Source: Clostridiales bacterium
Lineage (GTDB): Bacteria > Bacillota > Clostridia > Christensenellales > Borkfalkiaceae
Direction: 5' to 3'
Length of the DNA: 64,000 bases
Assembly (NCBI GenBank): GCA_015055945.1
Contig: SVHH01000005.1
Coordinates: 40,336 to 104,335 of the forward strand
Below the pieces are notes generated by a model. The model ran no database searches. It was not told where the DNA came from and saw only the letters and a list, made by a program, of their open reading frames with translations. Within the stretch, counting starts at the first letter, position 1, and the number at the start of each line of letters is the position of its first letter. Both the position numbers and the translations under genes were made by a program. Shown here in pieces: positions 9,749 to 20,025 of the stretch.

Positions 9749-10981
9749 TTATGCTATTTGTTTTTTTACGAGAGTAGGCTTAGCACCGTTTTTAACCACG
9801 TTTTCATCCACTATAACCTTTTCTACGTCATCACTTGAAGGAAGGTCGTACATAGTGTCTATCATAAGGTTTTCTAAAATAGTTCTAAGTCCCCTTGCCC
9901 CCGTCTTTAATTCGATTGCTTTTTGAGCAACTGCTGAAACAGCACCGTCGGTAATTTCAAGTTCCACGTTATCAAGCCCGATAAGACGCTTATATTGTTT
10001 GATAAGCGCGTTTTTAGGTTCAGTCATGATATTTACGAGAGCCTTTTCATCTAACGGATGAAGCCCTACCGTAATCGGTACTCTACCAACAAATTCGGGA
10101 ATAAGTCCGTATTTGATAAGATCTTGCGGCTGAACGTCGCGAATCATGTCGCCCTTGTTTTCCGGAACTTTTTCTACACTTCCTATAAAACCGAGCGCGT
10201 TAGTCCCCTTTCTTTTGGTAATGATATCTTCTAAGCCAACGAAAGCACCGCCACAAATAAACAATATATTAGTGGTGTCGATTTTAAGACATTCTTGTTG
10301 GGGGTGTTTCCTTCCGCCTTGCGGTGGAACGTTTGCAACAGTACCTTCAATAATTTTAAGAAGTGCTTGTTGCACGCCTTCACCAGAAACGTCGCGCGTG
10401 ATAGAAACGTTTTCGCCCTTTCTAGCAATCTTATCAATTTCGTCGATATAGATAATACCGCGTTGAGCCTTTTCGATATCGAAATCAGCATTTTGAATAA
10501 GTTTGAGAAGAATATTTTCAACGTCTTCACCAACGTAACCCGCTTCGGTAAGCGTAGTAGCGTCGGCAACTGCAAACGGAACGTCCAAAATCTTAGCAAG
10601 CGTTCTTGCAAGCAATGTTTTACCACTACCAGTAGGCCCTAGCACTAAGATATTGCTTTTGTCGAGTTCTACGTCAGAAGAATTGTCTTTAACCGAATTT
10701 ATTCTCTTATAATGATTATAAACAGCAACTGACAAAACTTTTTTCGCTTCGTCTTGACCGATAATGTATTCATCGAGTTTTGCTTTAATCTCGATGGGTT
10801 TTAAGAGTTCTACCTTTTCGGCAACCTTTTCACTCGACTGTTCTTCACTGATAACGTCGTGGCAAACTTGAATACACTCATCGCAAATAAATATTCCACT
10901 AGGTCCTGCAATAAGTCTACCAGTAAGGTTTTTAGGTTTTCCGCAAAAAGAGCAGAATAATTGTTCGTTATTTTCTTTCAT
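9749..10981 (-). CDS. clpX: ATP-dependent Clp protease ATP-binding subunit ClpX
   Basis: N-terminal zinc finger CSFCGK...CDEC, Walker A GPTGSGKT, ClpX body. Confidence 0.97.
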   Translation of the reverse strand: MKENNEQLFCSFCGKPKNLTGRLIAGPSGIFICDECIQVCHDVISEEQSSEKVAEKVELLKPIEIKAKLDEYIIGQDEAKKVLSVAVYNHYKRINSVKDNSSDVELDKSNILVLGPTGSGKTLLARTLAKILDVPFAVADATTLTEAGYVGEDVENILLKLIQNADFDIEKAQRGIIYIDEIDKIARKGENVSITRDVSGEGVQQALLKIIEGTVANVPPQGGRKHPQQECLKIDTTNILFICGGAFVGLEDIITKRKGTNALGFIGSVEKVPENKGDMIRDVQPQDLIKYGLIPEFVGRVPITVGLHPLDEKALVNIMTEPKNALIKQYKRLIGLDNVELEITDGAVSAVAQKAIELKTGARGLRTILENLMIDTMYDLPSSDDVEKVIVDENVVKNGAKPTLVKKQIA

Positions 10982-10994
10982 ATATCTCCAAGTT

Positions 10995-11591
10995 CTACGG
11001 ACGCTTTACGATAACTTCATCAATAAGTCCGTATTCTTTTGCATCTAATGCCGACAAATAATTATCTCTATCGGTGTCTTTTTCAACTTGTTCGTAAGGT
11101 TTTCCGCTGTTTTGAGAAAGAATAGTATTTAAGCGGTGTTTAGTTTTAATGATATGGTCGGCTTGGATTTTAATATCGCTTGCTTGACCTTGTGCGCCAC
11201 CTAAAGGTTGGTGAATCATAATTTCGCTATTAGGGAGAGCGTATCTCTTTCCCTTTGCACCGCTTGACAACAAGAATGCGCCCATACTTGCTGCTAAACC
11301 GATGCAGATTGTACTTACGTCGCACTTAATATAATTCATAGTATCGTAAATAGCCATACCCGCAGTAACGCTTCCACCAGGACTATTGATGTAAATGCAG
11401 ATATCCTTGTTAGGGTCTTTACTTTCAAGATAAATAAGTTGAGCAACGACAGCGTCTGCAACAGCATCGTTAATTTCACCAGTAAGGAAAACTACTCTGT
11501 CTTCCAAAAGTCTTGAATAAATATCGTAACTTCTTTCACCCTTTCCAGTGTTATCGATAACGTAAGGAACAACGGTATTTTTGATTTCCAT
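10995..11591 (-). CDS. clpP: ATP-dependent Clp protease proteolytic subunit ClpP
   Basis: ClpP sequence ([22 protein letters not shown]). Confidence 0.97.
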   Translation of the reverse strand: MEIKNTVVPYVIDNTGKGERSYDIYSRLLEDRVVFLTGEINDAVADAVVAQLIYLESKDPNKDICIYINSPGGSVTAGMAIYDTMNYIKCDVSTICIGLAASMGAFLLSSGAKGKRYALPNSEIMIHQPLGGAQGQASDIKIQADHIIKTKHRLNTILSQNSGKPYEQVEKDTDRDNYLSALDAKEYGLIDEVIVKRP

Positions 11592-11621
11592 AAAATTATA
11601 CTCCGTGTAAATTTCTATTAG

Positions 11622-11658
11622 TTTGCAAAACCGCAGAGGGCTTATTTCCGCCTGCGGT
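11622..11658 (-). terminator. Rho-independent terminator after tig
   Basis: CCGCAG...CTGCGG hairpin (11631-11657), followed in minus sense by UUUUG. Confidence 0.65.
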
Positions 11659-11700
11659 ATGCTAAATGTGTAAATATTTAATTAGTTTTGTCGAAAATAA

Positions 11701-12990
11701 TTATTTTTCGATTTCGTTAGAAGATTTCAAGAATTCAAAGAACTTCTTGATGATAATTTCGTTCTTGATGTAATCGAGTTGGCGAGCAGCCATGTTCTTC
11801 TTAACGTCGGGTGCTTCCTTGCCTTGAGCCTTAGCCATTTCAGCAACTCTTGCTTCAACGTCTTCGTCGGTAGCGGTGATTTCTTCGCGTTCAATGATGC
11901 CTTCGATTACGAGTTGTGATTTAACGCGTTCAGTTGCTTGAGCGGTGAAATCCTTTCTGAATTCTTCCATGTTCTTGTCGATATACTTAAGATAATCAGC
12001 AAGCTTTAAGCCTTGGTAAGAAAGTCTGTATTCCATTTCTTGAACGATTCTATCGATTTCGTTTTCGATAAGAGCGTCGGGGATTTCAACTTCAGACGTT
12101 TCAGTAATCTTTTTAATGATTTCGTCTTCAAGTTCACGTTCTGCTCTATCAGCGTTTTGCTTTTCTAAGCGAGCGCGAGTTTCTTCCTTGTAAGCGTCAA
12201 TGCTTTCAGCGCCTACTGCTTCTTTAATGAATTCATCATTGAGTTCGGGAAGTTCTTTAGTCTTGATTTCGTGAAGTTTAATCGCAAACACAGCGTCTTT
12301 ACCCTTAAGTTCTTCAGCGTGATATTCTTCAGGGAACTTAACGTTGATGTCTTTTTCTTCACCGATGTTCATGCCAACGAGTTGTTCTTCAAAACCAGGG
12401 ATAAAGGTATTGCTGCCGATAACGAGAGTTTGTTTTTCAGCAGTACCGCCAGCGAACTTAACGCCATCAACACTACCAGAATAGTCGATAAGAACGGTGT
12501 CGCCATTAGCAACGGCTCTATCAATAACGTCAATCATGCGAGAGTTGCGTTCTTGTAAACGTGAAAGTTCATCAGCAACGTCTTCATCTTTAACATTATA
12601 CTCATTCTTCTTGAACTTTATACCCTTGTAAGCACCGAAAACAACTTCAGGCTTAACGGGAACGATAGCGATCATAGTGATGCCTTTTTCGCTAATCTTC
12701 TTAATATCAAGGTCGGGTGCAGCAACTGCATAGATTGAAGGTTCTTTATCAAGAACTTCAGAGTAATATTTGGGGAATGCTTGGTTGATTGCTTCTTCAT
12801 AGAATACGCCTTCACCATAAGCAGATTCTAAAACTTTTTTGGGTACTTTACCCTTTCTGAAACCAGGCATTGAATATCTGCCTTTGGTCTTTTCATAAGC
12901 AGCGTCAATTGATGCTTGCCATTCTTTTGCCGTCAAGTCAATTGTGATTTTTACAGTGCTTTTTTCGGCTTTTTCAAAAGTATACTTCAT
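11701..12990 (-). CDS. tig: Trigger factor
   Basis: 429 aa with trigger-factor N-terminus (GFRKGKVPKKV) and FKBP domain. Classic tig-clpP-clpX order. Confidence 0.96.
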   Translation of the reverse strand: MKYTFEKAEKSTVKITIDLTAKEWQASIDAAYEKTKGRYSMPGFRKGKVPKKVLESAYGEGVFYEEAINQAFPKYYSEVLDKEPSIYAVAAPDLDIKKISEKGITMIAIVPVKPEVVFGAYKGIKFKKNEYNVKDEDVADELSRLQERNSRMIDVIDRAVANGDTVLIDYSGSVDGVKFAGGTAEKQTLVIGSNTFIPGFEEQLVGMNIGEEKDINVKFPEEYHAEELKGKDAVFAIKLHEIKTKELPELNDEFIKEAVGAESIDAYKEETRARLEKQNADRAERELEDEIIKKITETSEVEIPDALIENEIDRIVQEMEYRLSYQGLKLADYLKYIDKNMEEFRKDFTAQATERVKSQLVIEGIIEREEITATDEDVEARVAEMAKAQGKEAPDVKKNMAARQLDYIKNEIIIKKFFEFLKSSNEIEK

Positions 12991-13069
12991 AACGTTCTCC
13001 TAAACATTAAATATATATTTTACATTCTCACTAATTTTAGCATAACAAAACGCAAAAAGCAACACTTTT

Positions 13070-14782
13070 TTAGTCGTTTTGTTCGGTTTTTAAAAATTCG
13101 ACGTGTTTTTCAGGCATAACTGATATTGACTTAAAATTATCGTAAGTACAAAACCCTAGTTTTGACTTAGGCGGCTTCTTTACGTTTTTCTTTTCGGTAT
13201 ATACAATTTCCGTTTTTCCACCTTCTCTACCCTTAGAGTAATAAGCACAAATTTCAGCAGCGATTAAAATAACTTCTTCAGTTGGCTTTTTGCCGTTAGT
13301 TTCTATCACTACGTGTGATGAGTGGTAATCTTTTGCATGCACCCAAATATCAAAAGGCGAAGAAGTAAAGGTTAGCCTATCGTTTTCGGCATTGTTTCTG
13401 CCTGCCCTAATCTTGAAACCGTGCGCAAAATAAACCCTACAAAAACTCTCGTTTACTTTCTTTTTCACACTTACCTTTCGCTCAACCATAAGCCCTGCTT
13501 TTTCAAGTTCTAATTGAACGAAAGAAAGGTCTTGAATATCTTCACTCAATATTATTTCGTCTAAAACGGCAGTATAATAATTAAGTTCACTCTCCGCCTG
13601 TTCTCTTTGCGGTTTTAAGGCAATTAAAGTGCGCTTTTGCTTATTGTATTTTTTATAATAATTTTCCGCATTTTTAGCTACGGTTAAGTGTTCGTCAAGC
13701 GCAATTTTCACCTTTGAATTATCATAATAATTATCGAGTTCACACTCTTTTTCCCCTTGCTTTATGCGGTAAACATTAGCGAGTAAAAGTTCGCCTTTTA
13801 TGCGATTTTCTTCAGCGGAAAAAGCATCTTTTTCTTTAGCAGAAATAGCAACTAAACGCTTTTTAACTTTCTTTATTGCCGTGTTTATAATTGAAGTTAA
13901 TCTTTCCTTTTTATTCTTAAAATTCTTTTCTTTATCCCTTTGAATATAAAAGAAATTTTCCGCTAAATATAAACTTTCAAAACTCTTTATTTCATTAGCG
14001 TTTTCGTAAGGATATACGCATACGTCTTTTATAGAATTATTCTCAAAAACAACGCACGGATTTTTCTTTGTATTAAATAGATAATCGTTCAAGTGCTCAT
14101 ATAAACACTTTGAAAAATCTTGCCTTTTTTCTGCACCGTATTTAGCAATAAATTTGCTTTGAATTTCCTTTGCGGTTGAAAGGGCTATACCTTGCACGAA
14201 CTTACAAATATTTTCAGCAATATCGCTTATTTCTACGTCATTAAAAATAGCAATTAAATCATTGTCAAAGGGTAGTTTTTTATCACCTACTGGCGGATAC
14301 ACGTAATCTCTACCAACAATTAGTGGGCGCACACCGTTATCAAACATATTTATACCGCGGTTGCCGCCTAAAATCTTGCCGTTTTCCGTCAAAATTATAT
14401 TACTATAACGCCCCATAAGTTCCACGTAAAGCGTTTTATTTACAGCGTCAAAAAACTCTTGTGAAGCGGTAAAATCTATCTTAACAATTCTATCAAAACC
14501 AACGAGAGAAATCTCGTCAATCACAGCCGATAGCAAGTGTTTTCTAAGGAGCATGCAAAAATTAGGGGCGGTCAAAGGACTGTCCCTATCTTCCGTAATT
14601 ATCCCTATGCGCGGCGCTGCGGGATTAACGTTTAGCATAAGTTTTTCAGTGCGCCCTTTTGTGTAGATTGTAAATACGGTTTCATCATTAGACGGCTGAA
14701 TAATTCTATTGACCTTTCCGCCCTTGAAAACCAAATTTAACTCATCACATAAGTATCGCAAAGTAAACGCGTCTTGCGGCAT
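13070..14782 (-). CDS. rqcH: Ribosome quality-control factor RqcH (NFACT / FbpA family)
   Basis: 570 aa. NFACT-N start (FTLRYLCDELN...GGKVNRIIQP) and C-terminal NFACT-R/DUF814-like DIWVHAKDYHSSHVVI. Confidence 0.85.
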   Translation of the reverse strand: MPQDAFTLRYLCDELNLVFKGGKVNRIIQPSNDETVFTIYTKGRTEKLMLNVNPAAPRIGIITEDRDSPLTAPNFCMLLRKHLLSAVIDEISLVGFDRIVKIDFTASQEFFDAVNKTLYVELMGRYSNIILTENGKILGGNRGINMFDNGVRPLIVGRDYVYPPVGDKKLPFDNDLIAIFNDVEISDIAENICKFVQGIALSTAKEIQSKFIAKYGAEKRQDFSKCLYEHLNDYLFNTKKNPCVVFENNSIKDVCVYPYENANEIKSFESLYLAENFFYIQRDKEKNFKNKKERLTSIINTAIKKVKKRLVAISAKEKDAFSAEENRIKGELLLANVYRIKQGEKECELDNYYDNSKVKIALDEHLTVAKNAENYYKKYNKQKRTLIALKPQREQAESELNYYTAVLDEIILSEDIQDLSFVQLELEKAGLMVERKVSVKKKVNESFCRVYFAHGFKIRAGRNNAENDRLTFTSSPFDIWVHAKDYHSSHVVIETNGKKPTEEVILIAAEICAYYSKGREGGKTEIVYTEKKNVKKPPKSKLGFCTYDNFKSISVMPEKHVEFLKTEQND

Positions 14783-14791
14783 TTTTACTCC

Positions 14792-15601
14792 TTATTTAAC
14801 GGTAAAAACTCTGCCGTTGAGATATGATAATAAACACTCTTTTTCAAATTTAAGTTCCAAAGAAACAGCAGTTAATTGCTGTACTTTTTTATTATGCTTT
14901 TCATTAAAAGCAAAGTCCCCGTACTTACCATCGCCAACGATAGGATTTCCTATATAAGCAAGGTGGGCACGGATTTGGTGGGTTTTCCCCGTAAATAATT
15001 CAACTTCTAAAAGTGAAGTATCCCTATCGCTCTTTATAACCTTATACCCAGTTTTTATTTGCACGCTGTCTTTAACGTGGTTATCGTAAATTTTAACCGT
15101 TGCACTTTCAGCATCTTTTTTAAGATAAGAAATTAAAACGTCTTGCTTTTTTAAGGGCTCACCGACAACGGTTGCGTGGTATTTTTTAATAAAAGTTCTA
15201 TTTTTAAAACCGTCAAGAAGTAAATTTTCACTCTCGCAATTTAACGCAAAAATCATTACGCCATCAGTGTTTCTGTCTAAGCGGTGTATAAATTTTGCCG
15301 AACTATTTTTAGATAAAATATCATCGTAAACACTCTCGGAAGTATAGCCTTTTTTCTTATTTATTACAATCACGTTTTCATCAGCAAATAACACACTATA
15401 TTTATCCACTTTTTGTGCGACGTAATACACTTCTACAACGTCGCCTACGTTAAGAAAAACGTCTTCTGAAACACGCTTGCCGTTAACTTTAATATCCTTT
15501 TTTCTAAGTGCTTTCATAAACGCGGAAAAAGATAAATCTTCAACGTGGTATAGGGCAAGTTTACTCAACTTACGGTTTTTATCTGCAATAAAACTTTTCA
15601 T
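14792..15601 (-). CDS. RluA-family pseudouridine synthase with N-terminal S4 domain (RluD/YlyB-like)
   Basis: HRLDRNTDGVMIFA and GKTHQIRAHL motifs. S4-like N-terminal region. Confidence 0.88.
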   Translation of the reverse strand: MKSFIADKNRKLSKLALYHVEDLSFSAFMKALRKKDIKVNGKRVSEDVFLNVGDVVEVYYVAQKVDKYSVLFADENVIVINKKKGYTSESVYDDILSKNSSAKFIHRLDRNTDGVMIFALNCESENLLLDGFKNRTFIKKYHATVVGEPLKKQDVLISYLKKDAESATVKIYDNHVKDSVQIKTGYKVIKSDRDTSLLEVELFTGKTHQIRAHLAYIGNPIVGDGKYGDFAFNEKHNKKVQQLTAVSLELKFEKECLLSYLNGRVFTVK

Positions 15602-15611
15602 TAATTATCCT

Positions 15612-15644
15612 AAAAAAACAAGACTTCGGATAATTCCGAAGTCC
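15612..15644 (-). terminator. Rho-independent terminator after the 670-aa surface protein gene
   Basis: GACTTCGGA/TCCGAAGTC hairpin (15622-15643), followed in minus sense by UUGUUUUUUU. Confidence 0.75.
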
Positions 15645-15662
15645 TGCGATTTTTAACTTATA

Positions 15663-17675
15663 TTAGTTAGAACCGGTTTCATCCTTGGGTTTAATGAACA
15701 ACAATACGATGATGCCGATTAAACAAAGAGTACCAACAGAAAGGAATACAACCGACCAAACGTTATCACGGAGCCAATAGTTAGGAACTTCTACAAAAGT
15801 AGGATTAGAATTAACTTCGTCAACCGATAAGATAGTGTAATCACTACCAGTTCTAGTGGTGTAATCAGACGTTGCAACGCATTCAATCATGTATGAACCA
15901 TATTTAGTGGGGACAAAAGTTAAAGTACCATCATAACCAACAGCCTTAACCGATTCATAAGTGTTGCCATAGTTATCACTATATGATTCGCTGGTAACTT
16001 TAGATGCTGCGGGGATAACAACCCAACCATCATCTTCTTTTTCAGCGCCAACCTTTTCGTTATAGTAAAGAGTGTAAGTGGTCTTACAACCTTCTGCTTG
16101 TACGTTGAACTTAGATGCTTTATATTTAATACCCTTAAAGCCTACACCCTTTGCTTCAGATTTTTCAATAGAGATGGGCGCGTTATCTTCGATAGCAAAT
16201 TTGAAGATATAATCTTTATACTTGCCGCCAACGTAAACGTTTTCGTCTTCTTCATCTTGAATTCTAAAGTCCTTTTTCTCCATAGCGTTGCCAGCGTTGT
16301 CGGTAAACATTGCATAATATTCATAATCGCCAGCAGTGGTAATCTTGAACTTCATTGAAGAAGTTGTAGAAGAATCAACGTCGTCATTAGAATATACTAA
16401 AGATAAATCTAATTCATCATAAGAAGTATATGCATCATAAACCAAATCTCTCATCGAAGGAAGATTAGGAGTAGTGCCCAATGCAACACTGGTGTTGATA
16501 ACTTTTCCGTCTTCGGTAGTTTCAATATTGATAATATTTGAAAGTGCTTGCTTATAAGCATTGAGAGCAGCGGCATCGTTAACGTAAATAGGCGCTTGCT
16601 TATCGGTATCTTCATCGATAACGGTTACATTATAAGTTTCAAGTGAAACAATTTTATCACCGTCTTTCATAGCAACGTCAAATGAAGATGTTTGACTACC
16701 AGTGTCCGCTTGACCAAATGCAATAACTCTAGGCTTTTCTTCGTTAGCAATCCAAGCATCAGTTTCATTTGAAGTTACGAAAGCGGATATGTTTTGTGTC
16801 CTATTCATAATTGAGCAAATACTCATTGAATAAGTTCTTTGAGCGTTAGCAAGCATTACTAATTTATTATACTTGCCGTCTCCATTTTTAATAAAATAAC
16901 TATCGTTAACAACTACGCGGGGATATGCATTTTTTACTATAACGCCGTTTTCATCAGTTTCAAAAGTTTGCTTGTATGCACCACTACCATCGGTTTTCTT
17001 TTGGTCAACGCTTACTAATTTAACCGCTTGAACGTTAGAACCAGAATCTGCGATATCAACGAGTTTAAAAGTAATAACTGCCGTGGTTTTATCTATACGT
17101 TCAATTGCGTCAACACCTTTTTGACCTACAGCGTTACCTAAGCCGTTTACGTTAACAACTAAAAGGTTGTTTGCATCAACGGTTACGTTAATTTTAACCA
17201 AACGAACGCCGTCATTTACGCTGATAGGAGCGCCTTTAACCTTTGCTGCAGCATTGTCATTAATGCTGTATTCGGTTGCAGTATCACTAAACTTAATGGT
17301 TAGAAGGTTTGATACGGAAGTCTTAAACTTAGTTTTACCAGTTTCATCGGTATACATATTGCCGTTTGCAGCGTAAGCATCAGATCTGAAGTTAACTGAA
17401 AATTCAGCAACGTCTTTGGGAACTTCAAGAACGAGTTCCATATCTTCAACAACTAATTCGTTGTAGATAACTAATTCATTGCTTTCTTTCATTTCCGCAA
17501 CGAGTTTATCATCGTCGAAAGAAAGAACAGCTCCACCGCCAAAATACTTTGAAGGGTCAGACGCTTTGGTTTCTGCGCTTACGGGTGAAAACGTTAATGA
17601 ACAAAACGCTGCGACAATGCACATAATAAACGCAGTCAACAATACTGAAATTTTATAGGATTTAGCCGAATTCAT
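15663..17675 (-). CDS. Hypothetical extracytoplasmic protein with N-terminal signal peptide and C-terminal TM anchor
   Basis: N-terminal hydrophobic segment ends at VSA-ET. C-terminal WSVVFLSVGTLCLIGIIVLLFI is followed by a short charged tail. No motif I can name. Confidence 0.7.
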   Translation of the reverse strand: MNSAKSYKISVLLTAFIMCIVAAFCSLTFSPVSAETKASDPSKYFGGGAVLSFDDDKLVAEMKESNELVIYNELVVEDMELVLEVPKDVAEFSVNFRSDAYAANGNMYTDETGKTKFKTSVSNLLTIKFSDTATEYSINDNAAAKVKGAPISVNDGVRLVKINVTVDANNLLVVNVNGLGNAVGQKGVDAIERIDKTTAVITFKLVDIADSGSNVQAVKLVSVDQKKTDGSGAYKQTFETDENGVIVKNAYPRVVVNDSYFIKNGDGKYNKLVMLANAQRTYSMSICSIMNRTQNISAFVTSNETDAWIANEEKPRVIAFGQADTGSQTSSFDVAMKDGDKIVSLETYNVTVIDEDTDKQAPIYVNDAAALNAYKQALSNIINIETTEDGKVINTSVALGTTPNLPSMRDLVYDAYTSYDELDLSLVYSNDDVDSSTTSSMKFKITTAGDYEYYAMFTDNAGNAMEKKDFRIQDEEDENVYVGGKYKDYIFKFAIEDNAPISIEKSEAKGVGFKGIKYKASKFNVQAEGCKTTYTLYYNEKVGAEKEDDGWVVIPAASKVTSESYSDNYGNTYESVKAVGYDGTLTFVPTKYGSYMIECVATSDYTTRTGSDYTILSVDEVNSNPTFVEVPNYWLRDNVWSVVFLSVGTLCLIGIIVLLFIKPKDETGSN

Positions 17676-17879
17676 ATAAGCCTAATACTCCTTGTTATAC
17701 ACTATATCTACCATATTTTACACAAAATATTATCTTTTGTCAATCCACTTAAGCACTTTTTTAAAAATTATATATAATTTATTATATATTTCTTTGTTTT
17801 TTCGCCTTTTTCTCGCCTTATTAACCTTTTTAAATTCGTTTTCATAATATAAAAAGAAAGCGCTTTAAGGATTACACAA

Positions 17880-18410
17880 ATGATATACTTTATGATTATG
17901 ACCGCACTAACTGTAAGCATTGATTCTTTTGTTTGCGGGCTATCACTATCCCTTTCCACAAAGAAAAAACTGCCCGTAATTTTAGGCATCGTTTTAACGG
18001 TTTTTATAATGTGCTGTGCCGTGAATTATTTAACGGCTTTTTTTGCTGACAAATTAAATGAAAAAACCGCAAGTTTTGGCGGCGCTGTCTTAATTGCCGT
18101 TGGCATATTCAATATGATAAAAAGCGCAAAAAAATCGCCCATAAAAGAAAAAAGCGCACTTGGTATTTCTATAATTTCCGGCTTTGCAGTAGGGCTTGAC
18201 GGCGCGCTTGCTAACCTATCGTTATCCCTTATGGGGTTAAACGAATTTTACGTGCCGCTAACCATTGCGCTTTGCCATGGTTTAATGATAGGAATTGGGT
18301 TATTGTTAACCGACGTTATCAATACTGATAAACTTGCAAAAATCGAGTTTTTGCCACCCATTATTTTAATACTGTTAGGGTGCTATAAATTGCTCGGTTT
18401 ATTTATATAA
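17880..18410 (+). CDS. MntP/YtaF-family (DUF204) integral membrane protein
   Basis: 176 aa and multi-TM. Starts MTALTVSIDSFVCGLSL, typical of the MntP/YtaF family. Confidence 0.7.
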   Translation: MIYFMIMTALTVSIDSFVCGLSLSLSTKKKLPVILGIVLTVFIMCCAVNYLTAFFADKLNEKTASFGGAVLIAVGIFNMIKSAKKSPIKEKSALGISIISGFAVGLDGALANLSLSLMGLNEFYVPLTIALCHGLMIGIGLLLTDVINTDKLAKIEFLPPIILILLGCYKLLGLFI

Positions 18411-18444
18411 AAAGTGGCAGGATATCCTGCCACTTTTAGTTTTT
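18411..18444. terminator. Bidirectional terminator between convergent genes
   Basis: AAAGTGGCAGG-ATAT-CCTGCCACTTT hairpin flanked by A- and T-runs. Confidence 0.8.
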
Positions 18445-18446
18445 AA

Positions 18447-19157
18447 TTAAATACTGGGTTTAATAATTTTTATCGATCTTTCAGTTTCAAAGTTGCTCCA
18501 CGGATTTCTATCTTTTGGTGGTTGAACTCTAAACACCATTCTTTCTTTGCTAACGGGGTGCGTAAATGAAAGATAATATGCCCAAAGCGCAAGATAACCT
18601 TTTTTAGCCTTTTCCCCACCGTAGCGCATATCTCCATAAACAGGCGTACCGATAGCGTTCATTTGCACGCGTATTTGATGACTTCTTCCCGTATGAAGTT
18701 TAATATCAGCAAGTGATAAACCTACCTTTTTGTCAACGATTTCATATTCGAGTTCAGCAAACTTTGCGCCAGCAACCGTAGGCGGGCAAACGTAAACCAT
18801 ATTGTTTACAGCGTTCTTTTTCATATAATGAGTAAGCGTCGCCTTGTCTTCCTTAGGTTCGCCAACTAAAACTGCCATATAGCGTTTTTCAAAGTCGCCT
18901 TCACGCATTTGTTCAGAAAGTCTTGCAGCAGCCTTAGAACTCTTTGCAAACACCATTACGCCGCCCGTAGGTCTATCTAAGCGGTGAACAAGCCCTAAAT
19001 ACACGTTGCCTTGCTTGTTATAAGTAACCCTAATATACTCTTTGATAATAGAAAGCATATCAGCATCTTTACTTTCATCTTCGCAAGTGGGAACGTTTTG
19101 GGGTTTTAACACCACTATAATGTGATTGTCTTCATGTAAAATAATTAAATCTTCCAT
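18447..19157 (-). CDS. RluA-family pseudouridine synthase (no S4 domain)
   Basis: HRLDRPTGGVMVFAKS and GRSHQIRVQM motifs. Confidence 0.88.
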   Translation of the reverse strand: MEDLIILHEDNHIIVVLKPQNVPTCEDESKDADMLSIIKEYIRVTYNKQGNVYLGLVHRLDRPTGGVMVFAKSSKAAARLSEQMREGDFEKRYMAVLVGEPKEDKATLTHYMKKNAVNNMVYVCPPTVAGAKFAELEYEIVDKKVGLSLADIKLHTGRSHQIRVQMNAIGTPVYGDMRYGGEKAKKGYLALWAYYLSFTHPVSKERMVFRVQPPKDRNPWSNFETERSIKIIKPSI

Positions 19158-19158
19158 T

Positions 19159-20025
19159 TTATTTACCGTTTATCCAAATGCCGCTGTTTCCACAAGGGAG
19201 AATTACGCCGTCTTGCTCGGTTTTAAGCCCAACTTCGTAAGCGTCGATTTTTCCGCCCCTATCTTTTGCGACGGTTAACTGTAATATATTTTTCAAAACT
19301 TGGGGTTGAAGCCCAGTAGTGTAACTGTTTATAAGCACGAAAAGTGGATTATCACTTAATACTTTAGAACAAAGTTCCACAAATGAATAAAGTTCGTTTT
19401 CCAACTTCCACATTTCGCCGTTAGGCCCTCTACCATAACTAGGCGGGTCCATAATGATAGCGTCGTACTTTCTTCCGCGGCGAATTTCACGCTCTACAAA
19501 CTTTTTGCAGTCGTCGATGATGTATCTAACCTTTCCATCGCCAACGTTTGATAAGCGAACGTTTTCGCCCGCACGCTCTACCATCCCTTTTGCAGCGTCT
19601 ACGTGGCAAACTTTAGCGCCTGCTTTTGCACAAGCAACCGTTGCGCCGCCGGTATACGCGAACAAGTTAAGAACGTTAATTTCTCTACCCGCACCCTTAA
19701 TAAGTTCGGTCATTAAATCCCAGTTTACCGCTTGTTCGGGGAAAAGCCCCGTATGCTTAAAACCCATAGGCTTAATTTTGAACTTTAAATCTTTATATCC
19801 AACAGTCCATTCTTGAGGCATTTTGCCTTTAATAAGCCACTTGCCGCCGCCAGTTTCACTTCTAACGTACTTTGCGGCAAGCCCCTTATAACCGTTCATA
19901 TCCATTGACGGTTTCCAAATGACTTGTGGATCGGGACGGAGCAGAACAACGTCTGCCCAGCGCTCCAACTTATACCCATCACCCGTTGCGATAACGGAGT
20001 AATCTTTCCATTCAGCAGCCTTCAT
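19159..20025 (-). CDS. Class I SAM-dependent methyltransferase, RlmI/YwbD-like
   Basis: NLFAYTGGATVACA (SAM motif I) and IIMDPPSYGRG. Adjacent to rRNA-modification genes. Confidence 0.8.
   Translation of the reverse strand: MKAAEWKDYSVIATGDGYKLERWADVVLLRPDPQVIWKPSMDMNGYKGLAAKYVRSETGGGKWLIKGKMPQEWTVGYKDLKFKIKPMGFKHTGLFPEQAVNWDLMTELIKGAGREINVLNLFAYTGGATVACAKAGAKVCHVDAAKGMVERAGENVRLSNVGDGKVRYIIDDCKKFVEREIRRGRKYDAIIMDPPSYGRGPNGEMWKLENELYSFVELCSKVLSDNPLFVLINSYTTGLQPQVLKNILQLTVAKDRGGKIDAYEVGLKTEQDGVILPCGNSGIWINGK

Noticed and set aside
17676-17879. Looked for a yybP-ykoY manganese riboswitch upstream of the MntP/YtaF-like gene.
   Set aside because: The region is very AT-rich, with no conserved riboswitch core or helices.
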